Assembly (NCBI RefSeq): GCF_006345805.1
Contig: NC_043000.1
Span: 120,900,001 to 120,964,000 of the forward strand
Origin: Octopus sinensis
Taxonomy: Eukaryota
Length of the DNA stretch: 64,000 nucleotides
Direction: 5' to 3'
The notes under the pieces are model-generated. The model was given only the letters and a program-made list of their open reading frames with translations, searched no databases and was not told the origin of the DNA. Positions 43,249 to 56,223 of the stretch are shown here, piece after piece. Position numbers and translations under genes: made by a program. How positions within the stretch are numbered: position 1 is the stretch's first letter; each line of letters opens with the position of its first letter.

Positions 43249-43454
43249 TGGCTATGGCGAAAGGTGTTGTGTGGCGGATGAAGCATCTTCCTCCACCAAA
43301 GTTATGTCTGGCCCAGTCATAAATTTCATGCGAGGGTGGACCTGTAAGAACCGAAATACAATGATAACAGTGTCAATCTCATTGGTCTTAAAGAGCCTGC
43401 AAAAGCCATACACGCTGTCCGTTGTTCTAGCCCTAGCACAAAATGAAAGAAAAG
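43249..43454 (+). other. Candidate 206-nt exon of unknown gene
   Basis: Acceptor TTCTCTCTCTAG, donor AG|GTAAGT, one frame open throughout (GYGERCCVADEASS...QNERK); no recognisable homology. Confidence 0.25.
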
Positions 43455-44418
43455 GTAAGTGTACCACAGAAGTTTAGAAGTGGATGCTTAGTAATATGAA
43501 GGAACATTTTTTATTCAGAACCATCATTCATCATTGTAAACAATAATTTTCTCACTTTTCATACCTCGTCAATCTTCATGTAACTATTCGAGATATTTTC
43601 TCTTGCATTCTTAGCGTGATAGATAATTAATTGTTAAGAATTCTATAGTTTTTTAATATCTTCAAACATGTGATTTATACTATTATACTATTCAGTATGT
43701 ACAATGCAATAGTGAGTTTTAGATTCCTATATAATCTTCATGAACTTTTCCACTCCACATATACTGTTTTAAGAAGTAAAGATTTGCTACAAATACTATT
43801 TTCGTGATGTAATGTTCCTTACATAATCATTTACTTTCAAGTTACCCTACCCAAATTAATCCATATTCCATTCTGTATTAGAAATTCCATTATTTTCCTC
43901 TACGACTTTGTAATCTTTGTATTATTAAAACATCTTAATATCAAATTCCACAGCAGTATTTCTAAAATCCGTGTATTCCTACCACTAAATGATGTATTGT
44001 ACAATATTTCTTCAGAAAAAACATATGTGTTATGCAGGTATTATGTATCTTCGATTTTAATATAATAACTATATGAGATATAATCGAATTCGAAGACAAA
44101 ACAGTTGTGTTGCAATTAACTTCCTCATTATCTTTGTCAATATATTCCATAAGATTGTTGGTTAACGTCCATATTTCAAGTGACAATTTTCTAATTCCTA
44201 TGCATATATAAAATTTATGCATAGCTTTACGAATATATATGTATGCATTCCCATACACATATGCACATGTATGAAAATAAGTATGCATTTATTTATGTAT
44301 ATATTAATGTGTGCATGCATGCATGTATATATGTATGTATGTATTATGTACGTACATATATGTTTGTTTGTCTTTATGCTTGTCTGTCCGTCTGTCTGTC
44401 TTCTGACTGTCAGTCTAC

Positions 44419-44500
<82 letters not shown>

Positions 44501-44914
44501 ATATCTATCGATCTATCGATCTATCTACATATATATATATTTACATATATAAAAATATATCTTTCTGTTTATCTATCCATGTATCTATTCACCTATTTAT
44601 CTATCTATCCATGTGTGGGTGGGTATCTATCTGTGTGTATATGTATATGTATATTTCTTTGTTTGCAGTACTGGATCTTGAAGCATACATAATGCTACAG
44701 ATATTAGAATATAAGTGTTGAGTTGAAGAACACTTCACGATAGAAATGTTCGAAGGCTGGTCGTCAACAATATATATATATATATATATCAAGTAGGTAC
44801 TGTAAATTTAGAGTGAATACTTGATAAGTGTAAGCACCTGTATATGCCAGATATTTGCAGAGGTGAGATGGTATATATCAAATATAAATTAAAAACAGAA
44901 CACAAAGGATATCG

Positions 44915-45005
44915 CAGTTCACGCGTTTCAAGCTTTATAAACAATCCATTATTACATCAGTGTATTATTGATATAAAAGATGGTTTAAAGCTCTCTTCAG
45001 CCGGA
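44915..45005 (-). ncRNA. Degenerate type I hammerhead-like motif with long stem II loop
   Basis: CTGAAGA-GAGCTTTA-(48 nt)-TAAAGCTT-GAAAC-GC-GTG-AACTG; stem I poor and position 17 is G. Confidence 0.5.
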
Positions 45006-46284
45006 ACCATTGTTGGTCCAAAGATTACATCACAATATAAAAAATAAAAATAGTACATGTAGTATTATCCATTATAATAGGTTTATCATGTCTCCTTGAA
45101 AAAGTGTATTTGTAAAATTTTCTAACTGTATAAATGTATAAAGATTCATTGGATTTCGAACATCTGCCCATACTGTATCGCCAATCAGCATAGAATGATT
45201 ATTTAATAAACACCAGTTATATGCATGTGATACAATTAGTTTCATAAGTTTAGAACATGCGAGACAGCTTTATTTAAGATGTCTGGTGTCTTAGGACAAT
45301 AATCAAGCACTGCCCATATTGTATATATACCGAACTAAAAATGGGACGATAGGATGAGAAAAAACGCGAGAAATAAGTAATTATAAACGGTGGAAGGTTG
45401 AAAAACTGAAAAACGAAAAAGAAAACAGAAAGAGGCAAATTGGTGTTGATGAGTTTAAAGTTATTTCTCCTTAGACTTTAAAATATGATGCTGAAAAGAT
45501 GGTGTGTTAGAATCTTGGTACAATTATTCAATCCGGAGAGGGTGACATTTTCCATATGCCTACAACCGCTGAAAATTCAGCAGTGAGAATTCTTAGATAT
45601 GAAAAGGATCTGAGTTATTTCAGCTCCGCATCGTTCACATTTTTTATGGTTTGGATGGAGTTTTCGACTATTTTCCACTTTATCGTATGTGGTGTGGTGC
45701 TAAGTTCAGCGCATATCGTTAGATACATTTAAAAATCAGAACATTGGTATACGAGAAAAGAAGACAAAAAAATGGGGAAAAAAAGACACGAAGATTGGTG
45801 CAAAGAATGAAACGAGAAGGAAGGAAAGAGAAATTAGCAAAACCTCTTCAGATTAACTAGCGAATGACAGACTTTGGCGTGTTACTGCTAGAGTTTGGAC
45901 CAGCAAGATTAGTTATGATTTCTACAGATGAAAAAGATGAAAAGCTTTGTTTTCTTACTTTCCTTTGGTCTCGTTTCACTTTTGGCATCAAAAATTTTTC
46001 TCGTTTCTTTCCTCTTTTTTTTTTTGTTTGTTACTCACGTTTTCGCATACACGAACGTCAAGGCTTATTCACACCTCTAACGGTATGACTGAGTCCGAAA
46101 GATTGCTTAGAGATTACGTGGTCTGCTACGTAAATCTGCTAGTTTATTGTATCTCCAAAGCATGAAATTATAAGGAAATCTTTTATAAATTGTGCATATT
46201 TATATTTATCTCTCACTGGATCACTAGATGAAATTTTTTTGCTAATCCTACCTATATCGGAACTGTAATATCTCTCTGTGTGTC

Positions 46285-46332
<48 letters not shown>

Positions 46333-46417
46333 GTATATATGGATGTGTGTATATCTATATCTCTCTTTCTCTCTATATATACACAAGCACATGCACACAC
46401 ACGCATGTATATATATG

Positions 46418-46451
<34 letters not shown>

Positions 46452-47346
46452 CGCACGCACACACACATACGCATATATAATACATTCACAGAAGTATAAG
46501 TTTTGTATAAATTTTGACTTTCAGCGAGCAAGGGAAAGAACTCTAAACAGTTGTAGATGAATGTTATTGCCAAGTATTGGCAATACATAAATACATACAG
46601 TGGCTTGTAGTTTCATTCCTAGCACGATTATTTGACGTGTCAGTTCAAATATTTCACTCACAAATGTGAAACTTATGCATATGTCTGTCATGTGCGTGCA
46701 CTACTTCGAAGATTCATTCGTAATTTATGCCTTTTGATTTCAGTTTTGTTCAGATTGAGGAAATTGTGTGACTGCGAGCTTGCTGGCGCTCGCACGCGTG
46801 TGTTCATCTCTGTGCATGCTCGTCCATTCGATAAGCAAATATGTCTATTTTGATGATTAGTACTATATGACGATAGCTGTAGATGAAATTAATTTTCCCG
46901 TTAGATGGCTTTCTTTAAGCGTGAATAGGTGTGGAGCTGTAGGAGGAGAGCAGTCATATTAGTTTGTTTGTGAAAATGTGATTCACTGGCGCATAATATT
47001 TGTTATTTGTACAAAACATTATTGGACATTTACATGGGTTTGGCTTGGGAGCGGGAAACAAAGTCTATGTACATTAGTAGAGGTTTTTTTTTTAATGTTT
47101 TCGAGTAATTTAGCTTATGGGAAAAGTGCGCGGGGTATGCAGGTGCTGGTGGTCAAATTGATATTTTAACGTTTGGTTGCCTGCAGTGATACATGCATAC
47201 ATACATACATACATACAGACAGACAGACAGATATATTATACACACAAACATGCTTGCAAGCATACATACATAGTACAATTTCTCTCTCTTCCTCACACAC
47301 AAGTGTATATGTATATATATATATGTATATATATATATATAGATAT

Positions 47347-47381
<35 letters not shown>

Positions 47382-47531
47382 ATGTTTAGATACATATAAA
47401 CCTATATAAGTAAACATATATACGTATATAAATATATATATATATATATATATGCGTATATATATATATATATGTTTATATGTATATGTATATATATATA
47501 TATGTATATATACATATATGTATATATATAT

Positions 47532-47567
<36 letters not shown>

Positions 47568-47652
47568 ACTTAGAATAACTTAGAAAGGTTTTGGCCAGTA
47601 TTGACCCAGGCCATGTCTAACTTAATAGCACCACCTGGCGAAGTCTTTCAGT

Positions 47653-50600
47653 TCAGGATTTGGTCACCAAGGCCCATTCGAGCTGAGAGTTATTGTTTGC
47701 GGAGACATATCCGGGTGTGGGTGGTTTGTCCGGTACTGTTTGAAGGAATTTGTCCAAAGACTTCTTGAATTTTGTGTGGTCAGTTTCTTTTTTGACGTGT
47801 CCTGGTGTAATGTTGAAGAGAGCGGGTCCAATTGAGGTGAAATAGTTGTGCCGTATTGTCGTTATGTGATGCGATTTAGATTTTTGTTGTGGACGGATGG
47901 CACGTGGTCCAAGCCTTGGATGTATTTTGAAGGTGATGCCAACATCATTCGGACAGTGCTGATGGAATATTTTCCACATCATACAGATAATGTAGCGTTC
48001 ACGGCGTCGTTGGATTGAATACAATTTCAGCTTCTCTAGTCTACCCCAGTAGTCAAGGTCTGACATGCCATCTATCCTTTTTGTGATTGACCTTTGGGGA
48101 GCTTCAATTCTCATAATATTTTGTTTTGTGTAGGGAGACCACAGTGGACAGCAGTATTCAAGGTGGGGTCGGGCAAAAGTGGAGAAGAGAAGAATAATAG
48201 CGTGGGAATCTCTCGACTGGAAGGTTCTGAGAATCCAGGAACACATTCTGCGGGCCATGTCAACTTTGCTGCTTATATGTGTAGCCCAGCTTATGTTGTT
48301 GTCCACTGTTACTCCCAAGTCTCTGATGTTGTTGAATGCCATGAGAATTTCTCCAGAAGGAAGAGAGTATGGGAGTTTCAGAGCGTCCTCCCTTCCAAAG
48401 TGGATCAGTTCGAATTTGTCTTCATTTAGCAACATGTTATTCTTTTCCGCCCATTGGACAACAGCCAGTAGGTCTGACTGAAGGTTTATTCGGTCATCCA
48501 CGCCATTGATGACCTTCTGGAGCTTGGAATCATCAGCGAAGGTTCTGATGTTACTGTGTTTGATGGTGTCAGTAATATCATTTATGTAGATGATGAAGAG
48601 AAGTGGGCCCAACACAGTGCCTTGTGGGATACCACTGCTGACTTCGGCTGGGCTGGATTTGACTCCTTCGACTACAACATGTTGGGTTCTGTTAGACAGA
48701 AAGCACTTGATCCACTGCAGCAGCTTTCCAGTGACACCAATATTGGACAGCTTTCTCAGAAGGATCTTATGATCAACCCTGTCAAAGGCCTTGCTGAAAT
48801 CAAGGTAGATGACATCAGTGTTGGAACCTTCTCCCAAGGCTCTCAAAATGTCATCAAAATGATGCAGTAGCTGCGTCAGGCAATCTCTCCCATTACGGAA
48901 TCCATGCTGGTTGGGGTTCAGCATATTATGACTCTCGAGGAAGTGAGTCATACGCGATCTCAGCACCCTCTCAAATACCTTGATGATATGAGAGGTGAGT
49001 GAGATTGGACGGTAATTCACGGCAAGCCATTTGTTTCCTTTTTTGAAAACTGGAACAGACTGGGATAGAAGGTCTTCTGGTATATATCCAGCATCCAGTG
49101 AGTTCCGCCACAGATTTGCTAGAGGGGGTGCAAGTTGGTTTTGACACATCTTCAAGACACAAGCCGGGAACCTATCGAGACCTACTGCTGAATTATGCTT
49201 CATTTCCTTTATTGCTGCTAAGACATCAGGAGCGCCAAATGTTATGTCCGATAAAGTGTATTGGGGAGTAACATCACTGATACAGCCCAGATCAGTCATA
49301 TCAGGATTGCTGAAAACAGAGCAATATTGTTTCTGCAATATCTCTCCCATGGTTTTTGGCATTGTCTTGAAGAGTACCATTTTCATCAATCAGAGGGCCA
49401 ACAGTAGAACCAGTGACTCTGTGTTTTTTGCAAATGAAAAGAACACTTTGGGATTGAGTTTGATCTTCTCAATGGCCCAGGCCTCTTCAGCTCTTCGCTG
49501 ACTATTGATGAGAGACATCATGTTGTTTTGGAGTTTATGTTTTTTAATCTCTAGCGACGAGATGGCAGTCAGGTTGGTGTGTTGCTGTTGACAGTATTTC
49601 AGCATGTTGATCTTTTTGTTAATTCTTTTAAGTTTCCTTATGAGAGATTTTCTATTTCTAGGGAGTCGACACTTAGATTTGTTTGCAGATCTTAATGTGG
49701 TGTGTCTTGCACATATGTTCGTGATGGTGTCTACAAGTGACTGCCAGGACTTTTTGATGTTAGTGGGTGTGTATGTGTGCGTGAAGGACCAATCGACTTG
49801 TGCAAGATCATTATTGATCGCTTCCCAGTTTGCATTGTGGAAATCCATAGTGTCAAATGGATGAACAGGAGGGATGACATTTGTTTTGCATTTTGGCCAG
49901 TGAAATCTCAGATCACAGAGAACCATGTCATGGTCGGAGAGTAGGGTTTCCTCCACTGCAATATTGTGGATAGTATCAGTGTGATTGCTGAAAATTAAGT
50001 CTAAGACGTTTTTATGACATCTCGTTGGTTCGAGTACCAGTTGGGACAGGAAGAAATCATCCATGAAGTCAAGAAGCGATTCCACTGCCTCCCTGTCAGG
50101 GGTTGAGAGAGAAGAACCTGGCGGCAGACTGTTTGTAGACCAGTCAACCCCGGGAAGGTTGAAGTCTCCCATCATTAAAATGTTGTCAGGTTGACACTGC
50201 TGAATGAAACACTTTATGCTGTTGAGGCATTCCTTGAAGCATGGTAGGGGCGTTTGGGGTGGTCTGTAGAGCCCAACTACTGTTAAGTTGTTGGTTTGAC
50301 TGAATACAGCGACTGCTTCGCAGTATCCATTTGAAAATATGTTCATGGCTTCTGTTGAGAATGAATCATGGACATAAATGGCAGTCCCACCCTTTCTTCG
50401 GCCAGCACGATCAGCACGAATGGTTTTGAAATTTTTAACTTTCACCTCGGCTTCCAAGTGGAGGTCACTAAGATGGGTTTCAGTGAGGACGAAGAAGGGG
50501 ATGTGGTTTGGATGGGCCTCGACCCAGTCCTCCAGGAATCTTATCTTCCATTTTTGTGTATTGGTGGAAGGGCTGATGCCTTGGGCATTAAGCAGACATG

Positions 50601-50667
50601 TTGAGGCGAGAGTGGATGGTTTTAATTGTTTTGGTGATTTGTTTATTTGATTGCTTTTTAATGGCAT
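47653..50667 (-). CDS. LINE ORF2: AP endonuclease + reverse transcriptase, one local frame disruption at ~49353-49429
   Basis: APE motifs LTETHL, LYRPP, GDFN, LDLIF, SDH; RT motifs NYRPISLTS, QHGFR, DFSKAFD, GIPQGTVLGPLLF, FADD; ORFs 49390..50667 and 47653..49389 abut in the same frame. Confidence 0.95.
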
Positions 50668-51472
50668 GTGCAGTGGGGTAATAGTGGTGGATGGTGGTGG
50701 GTGGTAGCTCGGATGTTTTTTTCCAGTTCTTTTGCTAGATTCATTATAGCTAAAAAAGAGGAAGAAGAAGAGGTGGTTTCCTGTCCAGGGAACTGTAGGT
50801 GACTGTGGTTGTGGTTATTTTTATATGAGTGGTTATCTTTAAATGTCCGACGAGTCCCCGGGAGATGGGTAAAGGGGCAATCCCTGTGCAAACACAATCT
50901 GTCTCGCTGGGAATAGCGGCAGATTTGGGGATTCCTTGTTTGAGATATTGGTGGTTGTGGTGGTGTTGTATTATGGTGGTTGCTGTTGTAGTTTGTGGGG
51001 ATAGAGCGTTTTGTTCCAGGTAAATGGGTGAATTTGCAGTCTCTATCAGTGCACAGTCTATGGCGAAGAGAATATCGGCAAATGATGGGGTTTCGAGTGG
51101 GTGTGTAGGTGTGTGTGTGTGTGTGAGTTGTGAAAGGTGTAGATGATAGTTTGTTGAAGTTTTGGCGACCTTTGTGACCTGTAGGAGGTAAATTCCTTGA
51201 GATAGCATTTGTAGTAGTACTTGTAGTAGTAGTAGTAGGTAGAAGAGATGTTGACAGTGGTAATGATTGAGGAGGTCGATTCCAAGACCTAGCGGTAGAC
51301 AAAGATGTTTGTCGATACATAGTGGGAGTAGTACTAGTAGTAGTAAGCAGAGGAGATGGTGTTGACAATGATGATGATTGAGCTGCTGGGCAGTGAAAGG
51401 AAGGGGTGGTGCTTCCTGCTGTGTGACCCTGATGACTGGGGGGTCAATCGTTTCGTTTAGCAAATCGGCCAT
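50658..51472 (-). CDS. LINE ORF1, Thr/Pro-rich, with two CCCH-type zinc fingers; probable frameshift near the start
   Basis: CRYSLRHRLCTDRDCKFTH (51024-51080) and CRYSQRDRLCLHRDCPFTH (50865-50921), both C-x8-C-x4-C-x3-H; stop overlaps the ORF2 ATG by 10 nt; first ATG at 51472 is out of frame, with a G6 run near 51440 as a likely indel site. Confidence 0.75.
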
Positions 51473-51880
51473 TGTAGATGAATCTAGGAGTGGTTCATCC
51501 TGTTGTTGTTGCCGCTGCTAAGGTTGTTGTTGTTGTTGCTGCTGAAGTTGTTGTTGTTGCTGTAGCTGTTGTTGTTGTTGCTGCTGAAGTTGTTGTTGCT
51601 GTAGCTGTTGTTGTTGTTGTTGCCGCCTAGCTTGTTGTTGTTGAGGTTGTTGTTGTTGTTGTTGTTGCGCCGGTGATGCGTTCGAAGAGAAAACACATCT
51701 CAGTTTATCGAAGTGTTTATTTATTAATTTAAAATATATATATATATATATGCCTATGTATATTTTCATAGGTATATAACTATATACATACATATATTTA
51801 TTTACATACATATATGCATAAAAATACATACACACACTCTAACACACACATACTTACACATATTGTATATGTACGTTTGC

Positions 51881-52620
51881 GTACTGGGTGTCCCTGCTGA
51901 ATTTGACTGTTTGCATAAAAGCAAATGAAAACACCCAATCCCATTCAATATAAAATAAATGTATTGAAAAGAATCAAAAACCGCGAACTAGGTTATATTT
52001 AGGAGAAAACGGTGTACTCAAATAGCCGCCCTCAATTTGCAACGCTGCCACAACACGACTCCGGAACCTGAGCACGCGTTCCTAACTGTGTCACTGTTAA
52101 TTTCGAACTCATCTTTGATTTTGGCCACCAGCTCGGTCTTGGAACTTTAGGCAGAGGGGCTGCTATTTTTACCAATCTAATTGTCGTCTGTAGGTCAGCA
52201 ATTGGAGCTGGTGAAGTCGTAGAAATTCTTCTACAACCACTTTTGACTCTTGCCGGAAGTGTAGCAACGAGGCGAATCTTGCTACAATATATGGCCTCCC
52301 AGCAGCCTTCCTCTTCAGACCAGGTTTCGCAAGTCACCATTTGCTCCACGTACCCGCGTAAATTCAGCCTGAGGCTCTATTCAAACATGTATGTGGATAT
52401 AGATCCCTCGCAGTAAGAACGCCTGTTGTGTGCCTTCTTGTTGGCCACGATTTCGTGGTCTCCGTTGCAGACGTCCATGTTACATATTACAGTGTTCACA
52501 GAACATTGAGCAGCATTTAAGATATCACTATGTTGATACCCGGCGCGTATCATAATGGTAAAAGTAACGCTTTTCGAATATTCATATGGCTTCAAGTCTC
52601 CAATATCAGCTAATGGTTTT
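51881..52620 (-). mobile_element. Internally deleted Tc1/mariner relic (DD37D/maT-like)
   Basis: TIR-like TACTGGGTGTCCC; N-terminal IMIRAGYQHSDILNAAQCSVNTV; AGRPY..QDSPRCYTSGKSQKWL.KNFYDFTS; C-terminal RFRSRVVAALQIEGGY. Confidence 0.75.
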
Positions 52621-52749
52621 CGACTGCATCTGTAGTTTTAAGCTTTCCAATGTCGTGGACTGTTCGCCAACATATATAGCTTTTATTGAAAAAAGAACGA
52701 GTCTCGCTATTGGTAGTGTATAATTTTGGCTAAATACGAAGACAATATA

Positions 52750-53630
52750 TGTCTCAGATTTCTTGTAGACACCCTGCAATCTAACGAAACTCCTTTGCTT
52801 CCTTCGAGACCTTAGTCCATGAAGTGATCTCAGTGATATATTTATTGACTGCTCCCTTATAATTGCCAATCTATTTTGGTTATACTATTTTTACATTTAA
52901 TTTCAGCTTTTCATTTCTCATGGTGGTTTTGTTTCTTTTGCCGTCGACATCTTTTTGTGCCTGTTTGATGTTGATCAATCTTCCCTCAAATACTCTGTTT
53001 ACAATCTCCAAATATTGTTTCTATTTTACTTTTCTCTCTTTGATGGTGGGAAATATATAGATTTCCCTACATGCATGTAATAAACAACGTCACATGAGAG
53101 ATAGTTCTCCGTAGAACAAAGATCCTTTTATTCTATTTTCTCAACCCTCGACAGCCTTTTTTTATTGATTTAGCTTTCTTTGATCATTCAGTGTCTCCAA
53201 GGTAGTACCCTGTAGAAGTTGTTGAAAGAGCTTATAAACAAGCGTTAATTTGCCAAAATGAGTTTCAACATCGTTAATAATCTCCCTTGATTTAGTGGGA
53301 ATCAGTCTATTTCGTTCTTTGTTCTTTTTTCTTTGTTGTGATATTTTCTCAATCCCGATTTCATTGAGAAAATCCTTCAAATGTTTATAATACTCTCTCT
53401 GTGTGTCGAACAGGAGAATATATTGTTGCTCGATGGTTGCTAGATTCACTGATAGTAAGCTGGCAGTCACCTAGGATACTTTCTGACATGGAAAGAGTAG
53501 AAGTCAGCCTGATTTGTTAGGCAGCGTTATTGAAAGAAGGACATCGGTGATTGTCAAAGTCATACCTGATCTAGAACAAAGCTCACGTGTAACGTGTTTG
53601 TATTTTGGAGACAAAATTTACACCCCTAAT
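52750..53630 (-). pseudogene. Possible decayed coding exon(s) of unknown protein
   Basis: 102-codon ORF 53162..53470 (charged, helical-looking), same frame continues ~140 codons with scattered stops; 83-nt GTATGA...CTAAC...CAG intron-like segment at 53483-53565. Confidence 0.3.
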
Positions 53631-54228
53631 TTTTCGAACACAAATTACCATAATCGATATTCTTTCGTTCAACAAATCTCACCCGTTGACGTAATTGCTT
53701 GGTTGTAAAACGATTAAGCTCGTTCCATTATGATCTCATTCTTTTCATACTTCCACCTGAAGGAATTTTATTTTGCCACTTTATAACAATCACACAGATC
53801 ATTATTGTGTTCACATCTCCACGAAATTGATTTCTTCGATACGTAAAAGGATAAAAATTTTGTTGTGTCTGGGGAGAGTCATTTTCTCTTTGTGCCTTAA
53901 AAAACAGATACAAAAGGGAAAAGATGGGAAGAAGAAAACTGGACGCCAATTCGGGATTTGTACATTATTTATCGAATCTGAGGGGATTATAGAAAAATTG
54001 ACCTCGATGCATTTGAACTCAAAGCGTAGAAATGAATTGGTTACCAAAACGCATTCCACAAACCAATCTATCCATCGTGCCTTCTTTTAGTGCTGGTGAG
54101 TGTGTTACATTAAAAGGCACCAAAAGAAAATGACTCTCCCCAGACACAACAGAATATGCTTCAACACACAAACTCATATAAAGAATCTTGCAAACCAAAT
54201 CGAAAAGCGAAAGAAATATTTTGCTTAC

Positions 54229-54344
54229 CTTATTCGATGCTTAGTTCTCGGGACTTCTTCGGTAGCGTTCGTTTTATCGTTTTCATCCGAGTGTCTTCGT
54301 AATAGATTCGTGCACGGGTAATTCATGCTTGAGTGACATGCCTC
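54229..54344 (-). other. Candidate exon
   Basis: Open frame MNYPCTNLLRRHSDENDKTNATEEVPRTKHRIR ending at AG|GTAAGC; acceptor weak. Confidence 0.2.
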
Positions 54345-55969
54345 TACGATTTTGACTAAATTATTATTTATCACCGGATGATCAGTAAAATAACCAGTAA
54401 CTTAATAAGACTGGCAACTTCAGCGTTGATGCTGGAGAAGCTATACAGCATATACTCACTAAACTATCTCGCAAGTCAACAATGCGACTGCTCCCTTCGA
54501 GTGTCTCTAAATCGGTGTATAATTGTATGTGTTTGTATGTATGATTGTATGCATCTGTATTTGTGCGTGTCCATGTATGTTCGATTGTGCGCATGTATAA
54601 ATAAATGTGTTTATGCGCATGAGTATTACTTTGGAAAGAATAACGCCTTTCTGAAAAAATGCTTTACGAATATACGAGCGTGTTCGCCTGCACGTGCGTG
54701 CACGTGAGTGTATACACTTGTGTATTTTCTGTTCTTTGATAAAAATGTTAATCAGTGTTTAAGGCTAATAAAGAAACATATCTATCTGTCTATCTATCTA
54801 TCTATCTATATTTTCACCCCGAAAAGAAAAGCTCTACTTTGTAATTTGTCCCCTCTGTGTTTAGCCCTGAGTGGCTAATAAAGAAACATACCTATCTACC
54901 TATGAATCTATCTGTCAATCTATCTGTCTGTCTATATATGTGTGTGTGCGTGCATGCGTCTATACACACATATATACACACACACATTCACACATACTTG
55001 CATGCATATATAAATACATATAAATAGATACTTATATAAATGCATGCATACACACATACACACATACATACATGCATAATACATACATACATACATAATA
55101 CATACATACATACATACACACTCACCTGCACCCATGCATGACAAACTGTCAGTGTCGGTAGGACGATGAATAGATTGAATTAAGGAAAGCATTACGGTAA
55201 GCAATTCATTTCTACGCTTGGAGTTCAAATGACATCGTGGTCAACTTTTCTATAATCCCCTCCGATTCGATAAATAATATACAAGTCTCGTACTGGTGTC
55301 CAGTTTTCTACTCCCCATTTTCCCTTTTTTGCATCTGTTTTTTTCTTTATGAAAGTAATCGATCGTAGAAATACCTAAGGGATATGGTTTCAGCCAGGTA
55401 TAAGCCAACATCGACACGACAACGCCTCTACGACTCCATCAAGAAGTTAATAGCCCAAGTGCTGTAACGGCATATACGTAAATATAAGAAATTAAATACT
55501 TATATAAATGTTTGCGTTCTTTAATATAGCGATTTACCTATTCATATGCATGACTGCTTCTAAGTGTGGGCGTATGTGTGTGAGTTCGAGTGTACGGTTG
55601 TGCATGGGTGATTGTGCACTGGAGAGTGTCTGGCCGTGTGCGCGTGTATGTGTTCAATAACTTCATATGTTCTCAATGTCTATCAGCCATTCAGTTTCGA
55701 TGTGGCCAAGCTCATTCATGCTATTAAATATCTCCAGTTCTTATAGCCAGGAAAATACCATAATACTGCAGCATACATCACGTTATTGACAACGACAAAT
55801 TATACATAACCTTATAACATATATATATATATATATATATTATATATCATATATCATCTCTCCTATGTATTCATGACAATGCATGGTAGATAATCCTGCA
55901 TACATCACGTTATTGACAACGACAAATTATACATAGCCTTATAACATATATATATATATATATTATATA

Positions 55970-56081
<112 letters not shown>

Positions 56082-56129
56082 GGTGAATTGAAGAAATGGA
56101 GCTGAACGCAGATTGAACAGAAATCGTTT

Positions 56130-56223
56130 TATTCCATTCTACACGTGTTTCGAAAGGCACAAATTACCAAAATCCGATTGAATAATGGGACCATATTGTG
56201 TCTTTCTCTTCAGGAAGAAAATA
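56130..56223 (-). ncRNA. Type I hammerhead ribozyme (left arm)
   Basis: Reverse-complement copy of 56523-56616 with one change in stem I (adds a G.U pair). Confidence 0.85.

Larger units (their letters stand above)
47566..51720 (-). mobile_element. Full-length CR1-type LINE, ~4.15 kb
   Basis: 5' UTR with (CAA/CAG)n, ORF1, ORF2 (APE + RT), short 3' UTR with hairpin TGGCC...GGCCA and tail (TTCTAAGTTA)x2; (TA)n on both flanks. Confidence 0.92.

Noticed and set aside
48094-51285. Plus-strand and alternative-frame ORFs within the LINE
   Set aside because: Shadow ORFs of the GC-richer ORF1/ORF2; no independent motifs.
51484-51835. Poly-Q and poly-N ORFs as a host protein
   Set aside because: They are the (CAA/CAG)n array in the LINE 5' UTR plus flanking microsatellite.
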